A stretch of DNA of 64,000 bases from NCBI GenBank assembly GCA_964016885.1, contig OZ024742.1:186310001-186374000 (forward strand), in the 5' to 3' direction. Each line of letters begins with the position of its first letter. Position 1 is the stretch's first letter. Under the pieces are notes generated by a model. The model searched no databases. It was not told the DNA's origin and saw only the letters and a list, made by a program, of their open reading frames with translations. Below are positions 53,194 through 64,000 of this stretch, one piece after another. A program made the translations under genes and the position numbers. The stretch is from Eledone cirrhosa. Taxonomy: Eukaryota.

Positions 53194-55111
53194 TGTTTTT
53201 AGAAAATTAACCAGGGAGAACGATAAATAGTGGACAAATATTGTTTGTTAAGTTCGAATATAGCAATAAGTAAGTACTAACCATTGAAAGGATACAGGCA
53301 AAAATGGCCGAAAAATCACAGCATGATAAACAGGAACCTTATGACCATAAACACATTAACTAAACCTCCTTTAAGGTGACAAATGTTGAAGAAGCATGCG
53401 TTTCAGAAAGATGGGGTAGCTTATGAGAGTACGCATGTAAAAAAAACCTACCACTTGTCAAAAGCCAAAAAAGAAGTGTGATCCAAGGTCGAACTTGACC
53501 GATATAAATAGGAGTGATTTCGCTCAATGAACAACACTCGAGTTGTTTGATTGGTTAGATAATACAAATAAGTGTGAAGAAATCTACTGAACACAACTCA
53601 CTGATGTGTGGTTGGCCAGAGTTCGCCATTTCGCACTTAATTGACGTGCGATTAAACGGGGGCGACAACCGGGTGCAAAAACTAATCAATCATTCGCACA
53701 GTTTAGGCATGAGTGTGAAATAGCACAATCCACATACAGTAGGCGTTAAAATTTTCACCTGGTTAAATCGCGCTTTCTTGGTTAGGAGTGTGAAATGACG
53801 CCAAAGTTCAATGAAAAAAATTTAACTCCCCATTCCGCACTTAATTGTGGTGCAATTACACGGGGGAGACAACCGGGTACAAAATTAAATTCAATCATCC
53901 TAAAGTTAACTAAAAAAGCTAAAGTTAAGTCAGGGGGATTTAAAAATTCGCTACTCCATTTGTAGGACATGAGTAACCGATGCGTCAACTTTCGTTTAAA
54001 TTGAGTTTTATTTCCAGCAGTTGAAATGCTTTGCTGCAACCATAATAAGAACTTTAAAAGTGGTCCAAAGGGGCTCACTGGCCTCCCTAGGGGGTTCCGT
54101 TGCAACATTCAAGTGATAACGAATGTGTGGTGCTTTATCTTATGGCATGCAATAACCATTTCGTTTAGTTTTTGTAAGAATCAAGTATAAACTCCCGAGG
54201 TTATAGTGCTTTTTTATTGTGGCAGTTTGAACTTTTATAGGTTAATTAATTGGGCTCATTGTCACCGAGGGGGTCCTCTTGCTGAATGGAAATGAAAGTA
54301 AATGTGCCTCACTGTATCTTCATCTGTAGTACATGAATAACAACTAAGTCTAAATTCATTTCATTGGACTACCAATTATCGAAGCTATGACGTTTTGCTG
54401 CATTACAATAGCCAAATTCAATAAATAACTCGCCGGGGCTTACTGCCACCTGGGGTCCCCTTGCTTGTTCCGCGTATAGACAGTGTCTTCAACATCATCT
54501 TTAGGCAATGGGTAACCAATGTGTCCGGTAAAGTTAAAATCGAACGTAAATTTCAACAGTTATCAGGTACTAATATAGTGTTAATGTGAACTTCAATAGA
54601 TAAGTCGAAGGGGCTTACTGCCGCCAGGGGTCCCCTTGATAAGTTCAAGTAAAAGTTCATGTGTTCACCTCCCTTTATAACCCATGGGTAACCAATACGT
54701 CTCGCTTCGTGAAAACCAAACACCAACTCAAGCAGTTATGATGTTTTGTTGCATTGATGATATCAACTTCAGCATTCATCAAGTCGGTTTACTGCCACAT
54801 TACCTGAACTTCTGCGCAAGTGCATACCTGAAAATTTGTTTGTAAGCCATAAGCAAACAAAATATTAATTTTGGTGAAGATGGGAGGCAGATTGCAGTAG
54901 TACTGCTGACTCCAATCGAGATGCTTAAGGGGGTTACCTGCCCCTGGGGGACCCCCACAACCGATGTACGGAAAAATAAAATAGCCTACGACGCGTAATA
55001 GGACTATGTATGAAATTTGGTGCAAATCAGTAGTAAAATGTAGAAATGCATGCGGTTACACAGACAGACAGACATCTTCTGTTTTATATATATATATATA
55101 TTTATATATAT

Positions 55112-57591
55112 GCGGGCGACAATTCGATCAACTCTCGCCCAAATCCGTTCTCTCGGCCGATATCTCCCCAAGGCCTACCCTATCTCTCCTCCACTTGCCA
55201 CCCTTTCCTCGCCCAATCCTTTATCCAATTCATCCTTTACCTCAATCGTCTCCTTTTCAATTTCCTCACTTCCGCAAAAAAACATAAACTCAACTCTCTT
55301 CACTCCCCGCCTGCCGTCACCACCCATACTCATATCACCTCCAGCCCTAACCCCTCTATCTCATCACCTACCACTGTATCTGCACACGCTTTACTCAACC
55401 ACCTTGACCCCTCCGCTTCCGGCTCTTTCACTCCCTCACGTCCCTGCACTGTAGTCACCATACGCCAGGACCTACCACTCTCCGAAGCTAAGCGCTCCCT
55501 CCTCGCTCGTGGTTTGCGTTTTATACCAACCACATCTACCTGCGACGAGTTCCGCACACGTGCCGAGATTGAAGGGTTCTTCCGTCGTTTAAAGCTGAAA
55601 GCTTTTTTTCACGACACACCATCATCAACACAGACGGATAACTTCACTCGTCTCAGTCGCCGTCAATCACATTGGACGCCGAGCTCTAGCCAGTTCAGCA
55701 CCCTCGACTCCTTTGTCGATACTTGCCGGCGTACTGTGAATCGGTTCCATTTCCACCAGCATTCTCGTCGCTCTAACATCACGCGAACTGATCTCTCCGC
55801 TATTCGCAACCTTCGGTGTCGCGATGACATTGTCATCAAACCCGCTGACAAAGGTGGCGCTGTGGTGGTTTGGAGCGCTGACCTCTATAGGGCTGAGGCT
55901 CTCCGCCAGCTTCACAATAACCTTTTTTACCGCCCTTTATCCTCCGACCCCACTCCTGGCTACCAACAACTCGTATCCTCGACCATCCACAAGCTCCTCT
56001 CCTCCTCTCACCTACCCCCACAGCCACCAACCTTATTGTACTCACCCCTCGCACACCCACCATCTACTTCCTCCCCAAAATACACAAACAAAATAATCCT
56101 GGCCGTCCTATCGTTTCTGCGTGCAACGAGATAATTTCTGAATATTTAGACACCATCTTCGCCCCGTTGGTTGGCAATCTCCCCTCCCACATCCACGATA
56201 CAAATCATGCCCTTAGACTCTTCAACTCCTTCTCCTACCCTCCTGGCCCCTCTCGCCTTCTCTTTAGCCTTGATATCACCTCTCCCTATACCGTCATCCC
56301 TCACGATGACGGCCTCCGCGTTCTCCAGCATTTTTTAGATTTACGCCCTACCCCTTACCCCAGCACTACCACTCTTCTCCGTCTAGCTGAGCTTGTTCGC
56401 ACTCTCAATGGATTTTCTTTTTCGGGTGAATTTTATCAACAGGTCTCTGGGTAGCGATGTGAACCAGAATGGATCCAAACTATGCCAACTGTTGGCTACG
56501 TCGAAGCCCAGATCTTCTCCCAGTACGCTGGACCGACTCCTGAGTTATACGGTCGTTATATCGACGACTGTATCGGCGCCACCTCTCTATCACGAGAACA
56601 GCTCGACTGTTTTCTTTCTTTTGTCCTATCTTTCCATCCTGCTCTCAATTTCACCGCCTCTGTCTCCGATTCTTCTGTCGCTTTTCTAGATATCTCTCTA
56701 TCTATTAATCACTCTCACCACACCCTCTCTACTTCCATCTTCATTAAACTAACAGACTCTCAATCTTATCTCGACTTCACTTCATCCCATCCAACCCACA
56801 CCAAACACTCCATACCCTATTCCCAATTCCTCCGTCTTCGTCGGCTCTGTGGCCAGGACGACGATTTCGAAACCCATTCACTTCGCATGGCTTCCTGCTT
56901 CATCCAGCGTGGATATTCCCCCACCTTGATCCAAGCTGCTCTCACCCGCGCCCGTGAAACAGACTGCACCACAGCCCTCTCACCTCACCCCCGCCCTCCC
57001 AACACCCGTGTTCCTTTCCTTCTCACCTACCACCCCAGCACCCTACCACTCCGGTGACATATCCTCCGTTCCTTCCGTATCCACTCTTCTGACCCCGTCA
57101 TTTCTCGCTTTTTTCCAAACCCACCCATTACTGCTTTTAAGCTCCGCGACCTCCTGGTTGGCAGTTCTTTTTACGTCCTCTCCCACGACTCCACTCGGCT
57201 CTCATCCTTCTTCCCGTTCCGGCTGCAACACTTGTCCCTTTATTTCCACCCTCACCACTCTTACAGGCCCTAACGGGGGTTCCGTATCCGCCATTCCTTC
57301 ACCTGCACATCCACCCACGTTATCTATGCCCTCCGGTGTTCCCTTTGCGGGTCTTTATATATTGGACAAACGGGACGCCGTATGGCGGACCGTTTCGCCG
57401 AACATATGAGAGACATACGACTCGGTTTGGATACTCCTGTCGCCCGTCATTTCTGTTCTCCTGGTCAGTCTTCCCTACATGTTTCAGTCCTGGGTATCCT
57501 TTTACATCATGGATCACAGGCCTCGCGCACCAGAACTGAACAAAGTCTGATTCACCGTCTTGGGTCCTATTCCCCTCTTGGACTCAACTAA
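55112..57591 (+). pseudogene. Neptune-type PLE RT + GIY-YIG pseudogene
   Basis: LLARGLRFIPT, IKPADKGGAVVV, PKIHK..PGRPIVS, SLDITSPYTVIPH, GRYIDD, FLDI, HSIPYSQFLRLRRLC, CNTCPF, VIYALRCSLCGSLYIGQTGR..DRFAEH, PLGLN. Several frameshifts. Confidence 0.93.
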
Positions 57592-57739
57592 CCTCCCCAA
57601 TTTCTCTAATACCCCGTCCATTATCACACCTCTAGATTCCTATCGCTTTCTCTTTGCTCATAGCTTCGTACTTACATGCACACACACTCTTTTACTCACA
57701 TATACACACATATCTCTTCTGAGCTTCGTACGGACCTAT

Positions 57740-57825
<86 letters not shown>

Positions 57826-58054
57826 ATGCTTACGCACGTGCTCAAGTATAGCTCTTTTTACAAAACGATTTTGTCTCCATTTAGACGCGCGCCATCATCC
57901 ACTTTTCTAAAAAACAAATCATACACAAAACGCCAGCACCAACAGTTTTGCAAGAGATGTCAACATGAATGGACCTGCTATTTTTATCTAATGACATTTT
58001 TTCCAATTCCATCCCGCCCGCCCGTCCCCTTAATCTATTTTATTTCTCATTCTT

Positions 58055-58090
58055 TCTTCTGATGAAGGACTAGCGTCCGAAACGTTAAGA
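58055..58090 (+). ncRNA. Minimal (dimer-type) type I hammerhead ribozyme
   Basis: TCTT-CTGATGA-A-GGAC(tagc)GTCC-GAAAC-GTT-AAGA. Stem III is the loopless palindrome AACGTT. Confidence 0.85.
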
Positions 58091-58171
58091 CCCTCTTCCT
58101 GCTATATCAAGCGTTAATCTAATATATACCTTCCATATACTGTACCTATTGTGTTGTTATTTATGTTTACC

Positions 58172-58230
<59 letters not shown>

Positions 58231-58334
58231 AATATCCAGGGAGCGTAATGTGCAGTTACTGTAGGTTCACCCAGGTGACCACTCGATGTTTAGATTCACG
58301 TCTGTAACGAGGTGTAGAGCTAAACAGAGTGTAA

Positions 58335-58601
58335 ATATGATAATACAAGGACGATTTGTTGTGCCTTCATTACGTTTATTCATTGGTGACGCGCATTTCG
58401 CTATTGATCATCTCAAGGTTTGTTCTCAAGGTTGATTCTGGAATCAAAAGCTTGTCAGACCCCAGCAGAGATCCGACGAGCTTTTGATTCCAGAGCCGGG
58501 CCAGATCGATACAAATCGAACCTTGAGCTGATCAATAGTGAAACGCTCGTCACAAATCAATAAACGCAATGAAGACATAACAATTCGTCCTTTTATTATA
58601 T
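58335..58601. repeat. Diverged fold-back element with a degenerate hammerhead in each arm
   Basis: Minus 58385-58461: GGT-CTGACAA-GCTTTTGAT..ATCAATAGC-GAAAT-GCGC-GTC-ACC. Plus 58470-58554: CCGACGA-GCTTTTGAT..ATCAATAGT-GAAAC-GCTC-GTC. Confidence 0.8.
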
Positions 58602-58704
58602 AATCCCGCCGAGGTTAACTTTGCCTTTCATCCTTACGGGGTCGATAAAATAAAGTACCAGTAATGCACTGGGTAATTGCTGGCCTTGTGCCAAATGTAG
58701 AACC

Positions 58705-58710
<6 letters not shown>
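58602..58710 (+). mobile_element. tRNA-derived SINE (family B), 5' truncated
   Basis: Starts within the B box; core and tail are intact. Confidence 0.85.
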
Positions 58711-58750
<40 letters not shown>

Positions 58751-58780
58751 AGATCAAAAGATGGTTAAATGAGTTCCATG

Positions 58781-58851
58781 TATTTTATTATGCGCATTTC
58801 AAAAACAAATATCATCATGCAATAACATTTGTGTTTTCATCAGATAAAATA
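58781..58851 (-). ncRNA. Type I hammerhead ribozyme, mirror copy
   Basis: Exact reverse complement of 58936-59006. Confidence 0.85.
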
Positions 58852-58935
58852 GGAGGACATGATATGAAGGTTAAATATGTTGATTTAAAACTGAACTATC
58901 CACAAGTGTTTTTTAACCTTCATATCATGTCCTCC

Positions 58936-59006
58936 TATTTTATCTGATGAAAACACAAATGTTATTGCATGATGATATTTGTTTTTGAAATGCGCATAAT
59001 AAAATA
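58936..59006 (+). ncRNA. Type I hammerhead ribozyme, intact core
   Basis: TATTTTAT-CTGATGA-(~15-bp stem II)-GAAAT-GCGC-ATA-ATAAAATA. 8-bp stem I and palindromic stem III ATGCGCAT. Confidence 0.85.
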
Positions 59007-59129
59007 CATGGAACTCATTTAACCATCTTTTGATCTTATATATTATGTATACTCCAGTCCTACAAACTGTAGAGTGCTTCTTATCCGATATCTGCATTGC
59101 TTTATTGTACTACAATAAAACTCACCTCC

Positions 59130-59218
<89 letters not shown>

Positions 59219-59364
59219 CGTGCGTGTGAGTCTGTGTGTATATCATGACTCATACACTGTTCACTTTGCTGACATTTGTACATTATTCTATGTACTATAC
59301 ATGCACCTTTGATGAGTTGTAGTGTACCTGAGCACTGTACATAATAATTTCCATTATCAACACT

Positions 59365-59445
59365 AACCCCAATTCTTACGAACCCTAATTCTTACGAACC
59401 CTAATTCTGACGAACCCTAATTCTGACAAACTCTACTTCTAACCA
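59365..59445. repeat. 16-bp minisatellite (ACCCTAATTCTKACGA), about 4 copies
   Basis: Direct reading. Confidence 0.8.
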
Positions 59446-59899
59446 TAACATGTAATGAATCCGTTGAATTGGCTGAAATATTTTTTATAGATTTCCACTC
59501 ATCTTACCGAAGTATCAGGTGATGCTCATGAATATACTTGGCTATTTCAGTACCTTTACCTCGCTATCATCCGTATAAATGTCATTCAATTTTTTTTGTA
59601 TCTTGCCTTACAGAAGTATTAGATGTTGCTGGTGAGGGTGCTTGACTATTCCAGCTCCGTAACCTATCTAGTAGTCGCATTGTTGCTGGAAGTGCCAACC
59701 CTTACCCATGGTCATGAATCTTGAGTAATGAATGAAAGAATACGATCGCGAATACTCCGGGCATGTGGTTAGAATGTCTCAGGAAAGAATCGTCGGACAG
59801 ACCTTACGGGCAAAATCAAAGGCGTAGGTATAGCTGAGTGGTTAAGAAGTTCGCTTTGCAATCATGAGGATGCGGGTTTTGACCTGACACAGTTTACAT

Positions 59900-60432
59900 G
59901 GAATTTACATGTACTGGAAGTTATGCTAGGATTATGAAATACCAACAGAAAAGATATGGCGTAGGTATAGACTAGAAAAGATGTCAGAGAATGACAAAGG
60001 AACAATATTCCGAGATATGCCAATATATACCAACGACCAGACGTCGTTGTAGTCAAAGACATACAAGAAAAGAAACAACTTCTAATTAACACACCAGTCT
60101 CCACAGACGACAATGTATCTCTGAATGAAATGGAGAATTTATCCAAATATAAAGATCTAGAAATAAATATAATTCAAACGTGGAGGGTGAAAACAAAAAC
60201 AATCCCTATAATAATAAGTGCTCTGAGAATGATGACGATAGACACACAGACAGATGCATAACCCAAACCCCAGGACTTACAAATATATAGAATATATAGA
60301 AAATAACACTACTAGGTACTGTATACATGTTATATAGAGTAGTTTTAATATTATACAATAAACAAACCCTACCAAAATAAAACAGTGCACATATTTAAGG
60401 CACACAGAGCTGTGCTCGGTGATGCAGTGACA
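59900..60432 (+). pseudogene. R4/Dong-like non-LTR element 3' fragment (restriction-like endonuclease)
   Basis: RPDVVVVKD.QEKKQLLIN..VSTDDNVSLNEMENLSKYKDLEI.I.QTW.VKTKTIPIIISAL, then KITLLGT. Ends at an (ACT)n/(GCT)n microsatellite. Confidence 0.8.
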
Positions 60433-60433
60433 T

Positions 60434-60434
60434 G

Positions 60435-60486
<52 letters not shown>

Positions 60487-60553
60487 GCTGTTACTATTAC
60501 TACTACTACTACTACTACTACTGCTACTGCTGCTACTGCTACTGCTGCTGCTG

Positions 60554-60609
<56 letters not shown>

Positions 60610-60640
60610 ACTACTGCTACTACCATCACCAGCAGCAGTA
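60434..60640. repeat. Compound (TAC)n/(TGC)n microsatellite
   Basis: Direct reading. Confidence 0.97.
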
Positions 60641-60673
60641 GTCAATTTGCGGAGAGCGGAATGTCGATTAAAT

Positions 60674-61884
60674 CTACCCCAGTACGTTACTGGTACTTTA
60701 TTTTATCGACCCGTTAAGGATGAAAGGAAAAGCTTAACCTCGGAGGATTTGAACTCAGAACGCAAAGGGACGTAACTATATGCCACAGAGCATTTTACCC
60801 AACGCGCTAATGATTCTGCCAACCCACCGCCCTAACCAACCTTAATTATAATAATGATTTCTAGTATAAGCATAAGGCCAGTAAATCGACCGCAGTACGT
60901 TACTGGTGCTTTATTTTATCAACCCCGTAAGGATGAAAGGCAAAGTTAACCTCGGTGGGATTTGAACTCAGACCGTAAAGGGACGTAACTCTGTGCTGTA
61001 AAACATGGCGTCCGACTCTCTACCGATACTGCCAATCCACCTTCTGAAATGTCAACACTTCCGGTTGGCCATGGCTTAAATAAACATACTAATTTTCTGT
61101 CACTAATTTTCTCCTAATGCAGTTAATATATAATTGTTTCTACTTTAGGCACAAGACCAGCAATTACCCAGTACATTACTGGTACTTTATTTTATCGACC
61201 CCGTAAGGATGAAAGGCAAAGTTAACCTTGGCGGGATTTGAACTATTGCAGTTAATATATAATATCGTCTTTTTTAATGTATCATGGATTACGTTACTGA
61301 TTAAATAAGACAGTGTAACGCAGTCTTCGTTCAATTTCTATGTATTATATATTGTCAATTACGATTTTATTTAATGTATCATATCTACATGTATATATAC
61401 TTGCGTATAATATCAATATACACACTACACATGCTAGCAGAAAACCACCCGAAGGGTTGTTTTTCTGCTAGTAATAATAATGATTTCTACTATAGGCACA
61501 AGGCCAGCAATTCGGGGGTGGGGGGTGGGGGGTGATAGTTGATTATATCTAAACCAGTGTATTACTGGTACTTTATTTTATCGATCTCGTAAAGATGAAA
61601 GGCAAAGCGAGATTTGAACTCAGAATGTAAAAGCACGTAACTCTATGCCTCAAAGCATGGCGTCCGACCCTCTACCGATACTGCCAATCCACAACAATAA
61701 TAATTGTTTCTACTTTTGGCACAAGGCCAGCAATTATCCCAGTGCATTACTGGTACTTTATTTTATCGACCCCGTAAGGATGAAAGGCAAAGTTAACCTC
61801 GGCGGGATTTGAACTCAGAATGGCAAGGGACGTAACTATGCTGGAAAGCATGGCGTCCGACCCTCTACCGATACTGACAATCCA
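60674..61884 (-). mobile_element. Cluster of five co-oriented family-B SINEs (~60674-60832, 60850-61042, 61128-61243, 61472-61692, 61696-61884)
   Basis: Each copy has ACTGGTRCTTTATTTTATC...GATGAAAGG...ATTTGAACT. Confidence 0.88.
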
Positions 61885-62822
61885 AACAATAATAATAATG
61901 TGTTTGAACATAGGTTATGCCTTACAAAATCTGGGAGAGGGGTGTCTTGTCGATATAATCAATCCCAATTCTTGACCGGTATCTTACTTGTTTTTGTGAA
62001 ATCCGTAACTAAATACATTACATCGATAACATTACTCTTCCAATATCTCCAGTTTAGCTTTATCACAGAAGTAAACCATATTGGAATTTCAGTTTTCAAT
62101 ATATTTATTCTTCATTTTCTTTCAGAAGGTAAAACACTTTCACCACTAGAAAACGTTTGTTAAGTAGTATACAGAGAGTTGTTTCTGATCCATATGTAAA
62201 ATCTCACTTTCTTTTTCCAATTCATCACCAAAGAATTATGTCGTCCATGAAACATACCAAATGCCACTAAGATACAAATGATTTATATATTATTATCTTT
62301 AACTTCCCCAAGAATGAACACATTTACAACTTGGTAAATCTCATTTTCCACTTCTCAAGTAATCCAACAACTACGTAGTTTATGTAATTATCGTGCCAAT
62401 AATCAGATTTGAAAATCCTATCTTCCACTCAAGATAAACTTTGTTTCCCCGAGAAAATTCTCTTCACACACAATCTCTTTTTCACCCGCTCATATAGTAA
62501 TACACAGAATAGGGTGGCAGTTTCTCTTGTTGTCGTCGTTGTTGTTGTAGTCACCGTTACTTATAATAGAATTATACATAGATTCCAATGGAAATAGCAA
62601 TTTGTTATTACTACTACTACCAGGTTTTCACCATGTTTAGAAACGACAGAACTGATTTACAATAAATATATTTTAGAATCTTTACTTAGAATTAGACTTA
62701 TCATTTTACGTTCGTTTTCTCGTGCTTTTTACCGGATGGAATGAAGTCAGCAGCTTATTTCGGTTTTAAGGGTGTAAGTAAAGACTTCTTTTCTGGATGG
62801 GACGCCAGTCTGGAACAGAGTC

Positions 62823-63109
62823 CAGGGCTGGATTTAGACCTTGGGGGGCTCTGGGGGACTTCAGGTTTGGGGGGAGCCTCAAATAGAAAAAATTAGAATA
62901 CACAGCAAACCTCCCTATTTTACATATCAAAGTTAGCTTGGCGCAAGTAATTAGATTGAGAAGTTATACAGGTATTACATAAAAAAAACATTCTAATCAT
63001 CCTGAATCTAAGAAGGCCCAGCTGGGGGCACAAATAAAATGCTACGACCGTCGCTGGTGCAGGGGCCCCGGGGCAACTTCCCCTTTGACTCCTATTAAAT
63101 CCGGCCCTG
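62823..63109. mobile_element. hAT-like MITE inserted into a SINE
   Basis: TIRs CAGGGCTGGATTTA / TAAATCCGGCCCTG and an 8-bp imperfect TSD ACAGAGTC/ACAGGGTT. Confidence 0.8.
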
Positions 63110-64000
63110 ACAGGGTTAACCCTACCAGCTGCTTCAGGAACATATTTCCAACTGAGTGAGCTAGAGCAAGGTAAATTGAAGTGACTTGCTTAAGGATACG
63201 TTGCAAGGGCACATCAACTAGTATTAGATAAGATTCTGTGGCCGAGTGGTATTTAGGGATGCTGGTAGAAAGTGAATAAATAGGAGGTACAGAAGAAGTG
63301 TATTAGAGCCAGTTATTATTCCACGTCTGTTTTTTCATGCTTTACATGGGTCGGATGCAGTGCAGAGCTTACTCCGGTTTCATGGGGGTTAAGTGACCGA
63401 GAGGACAAGGACCGTTGTAGGGTTAATCCACAGTTAGCAACTATATTCATTAATTTTAACTGATGGAACTGGAACAATGTGTAAATGAAGTTCATTGTGC
63501 TCAAGGACAACCTGACACCATGTTTAGGATTTGAAATCACGATCTTACAATCGAGGGCTCAACACCCTAGCAACTAGGGTGTTGAGGTACTTTCAAACTA
63601 CTGAGTCGATAAAGTGTCTGAAAATAGGAACTACACGTTTGGGGTTTCGGAGATCAGAGAACCACTCAAGGCAGAGCCGCTACTTCTCCGAATTGAGAGA
63701 TCACAGCTCTGATACTATGAGCATGTGGTTAGAATATCTCAGGAAAGAATCACTAGATAGAGTTTACGGGCAAAACCAACCGACAGGAGATCCAGGGGTA
63801 GACCGAGAGCAAGATGGTTGAATAACGTCCATGAGCTTGGTTTGTCTCCCTTGGGGATTCAGCCAGATCAGTTGGAGATGGTTGCTTCTTTTGATAGGAT
63901 CTGCTGGAAAGAATGTTTGGGAACTCTGCCCCCCCCCCCCCCCACACACGACCATTTCAGGAATAAGTGAGTGAAGAAAAAGAAGAAGAAGAAAAAGAAG

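Larger units (their letters stand above)
49991..55095 (-). mobile_element. Helitron, 3' truncated
   Basis: RepHel remnants, plus a 5' end ATATATAAAACAGAAGATGTCTGTCTGTCTG typical of animal Helitrons. Confidence 0.8.
55112..58178 (+). mobile_element. Penelope-like retroelement, Neptune-type, decayed, near full length
   Basis: RT-EN remnants, 3' UTR with (CA)n, hammerhead and T-rich end. Bounded by microsatellites. Confidence 0.88.
58741..59046. repeat. Perfect 135-bp-arm inverted repeat (58741-58875/58912-59046) with a 36-bp spacer
   Basis: Arms read as exact reverse complements. Confidence 0.95.

Noticed and set aside
52577-53230. 217-aa plus-strand ORF and 139-aa minus-strand ORF with 20-aa repeats
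   Set aside because: These are alternative frames of the 60-bp repeat in the Helitron RepHel N-terminus.

Overview
Eukaryotic, gene-poor, repeat-saturated DNA. The SINE/LINE repertoire and abundant (TA)n/(CA)n tracts suggest an invertebrate, most likely an octopus or other cephalopod (inference). Bases 1-21147 are a 25-bp tandem satellite with a ~7.2-kb higher-order repeat. Its monomer appears to be cut from a SINE segment that sits at the array's right edge. The remaining ~43 kb is nested transposon debris: three Naiad-type and two Neptune-type Penelope-like elements (one with an uninterrupted 732-aa RT + GIY-YIG ORF), a decayed Helitron RepHel, a probable non-autonomous Helitron, RTE and R4/Dong LINE fragments, two near-identical solo-LTR-like copies, MITEs and many SINEs. 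The main signal missing from the ORF track is a dense set of type I hammerhead ribozyme motifs: six with intact cores and about eight degenerate. They include small ORF-less fold-back elements with a hammerhead on each strand and a ~480-bp retrozyme-like unit with a terminal direct repeat. No host protein-coding gene could be supported. All structures were read by eye and nothing was computed.
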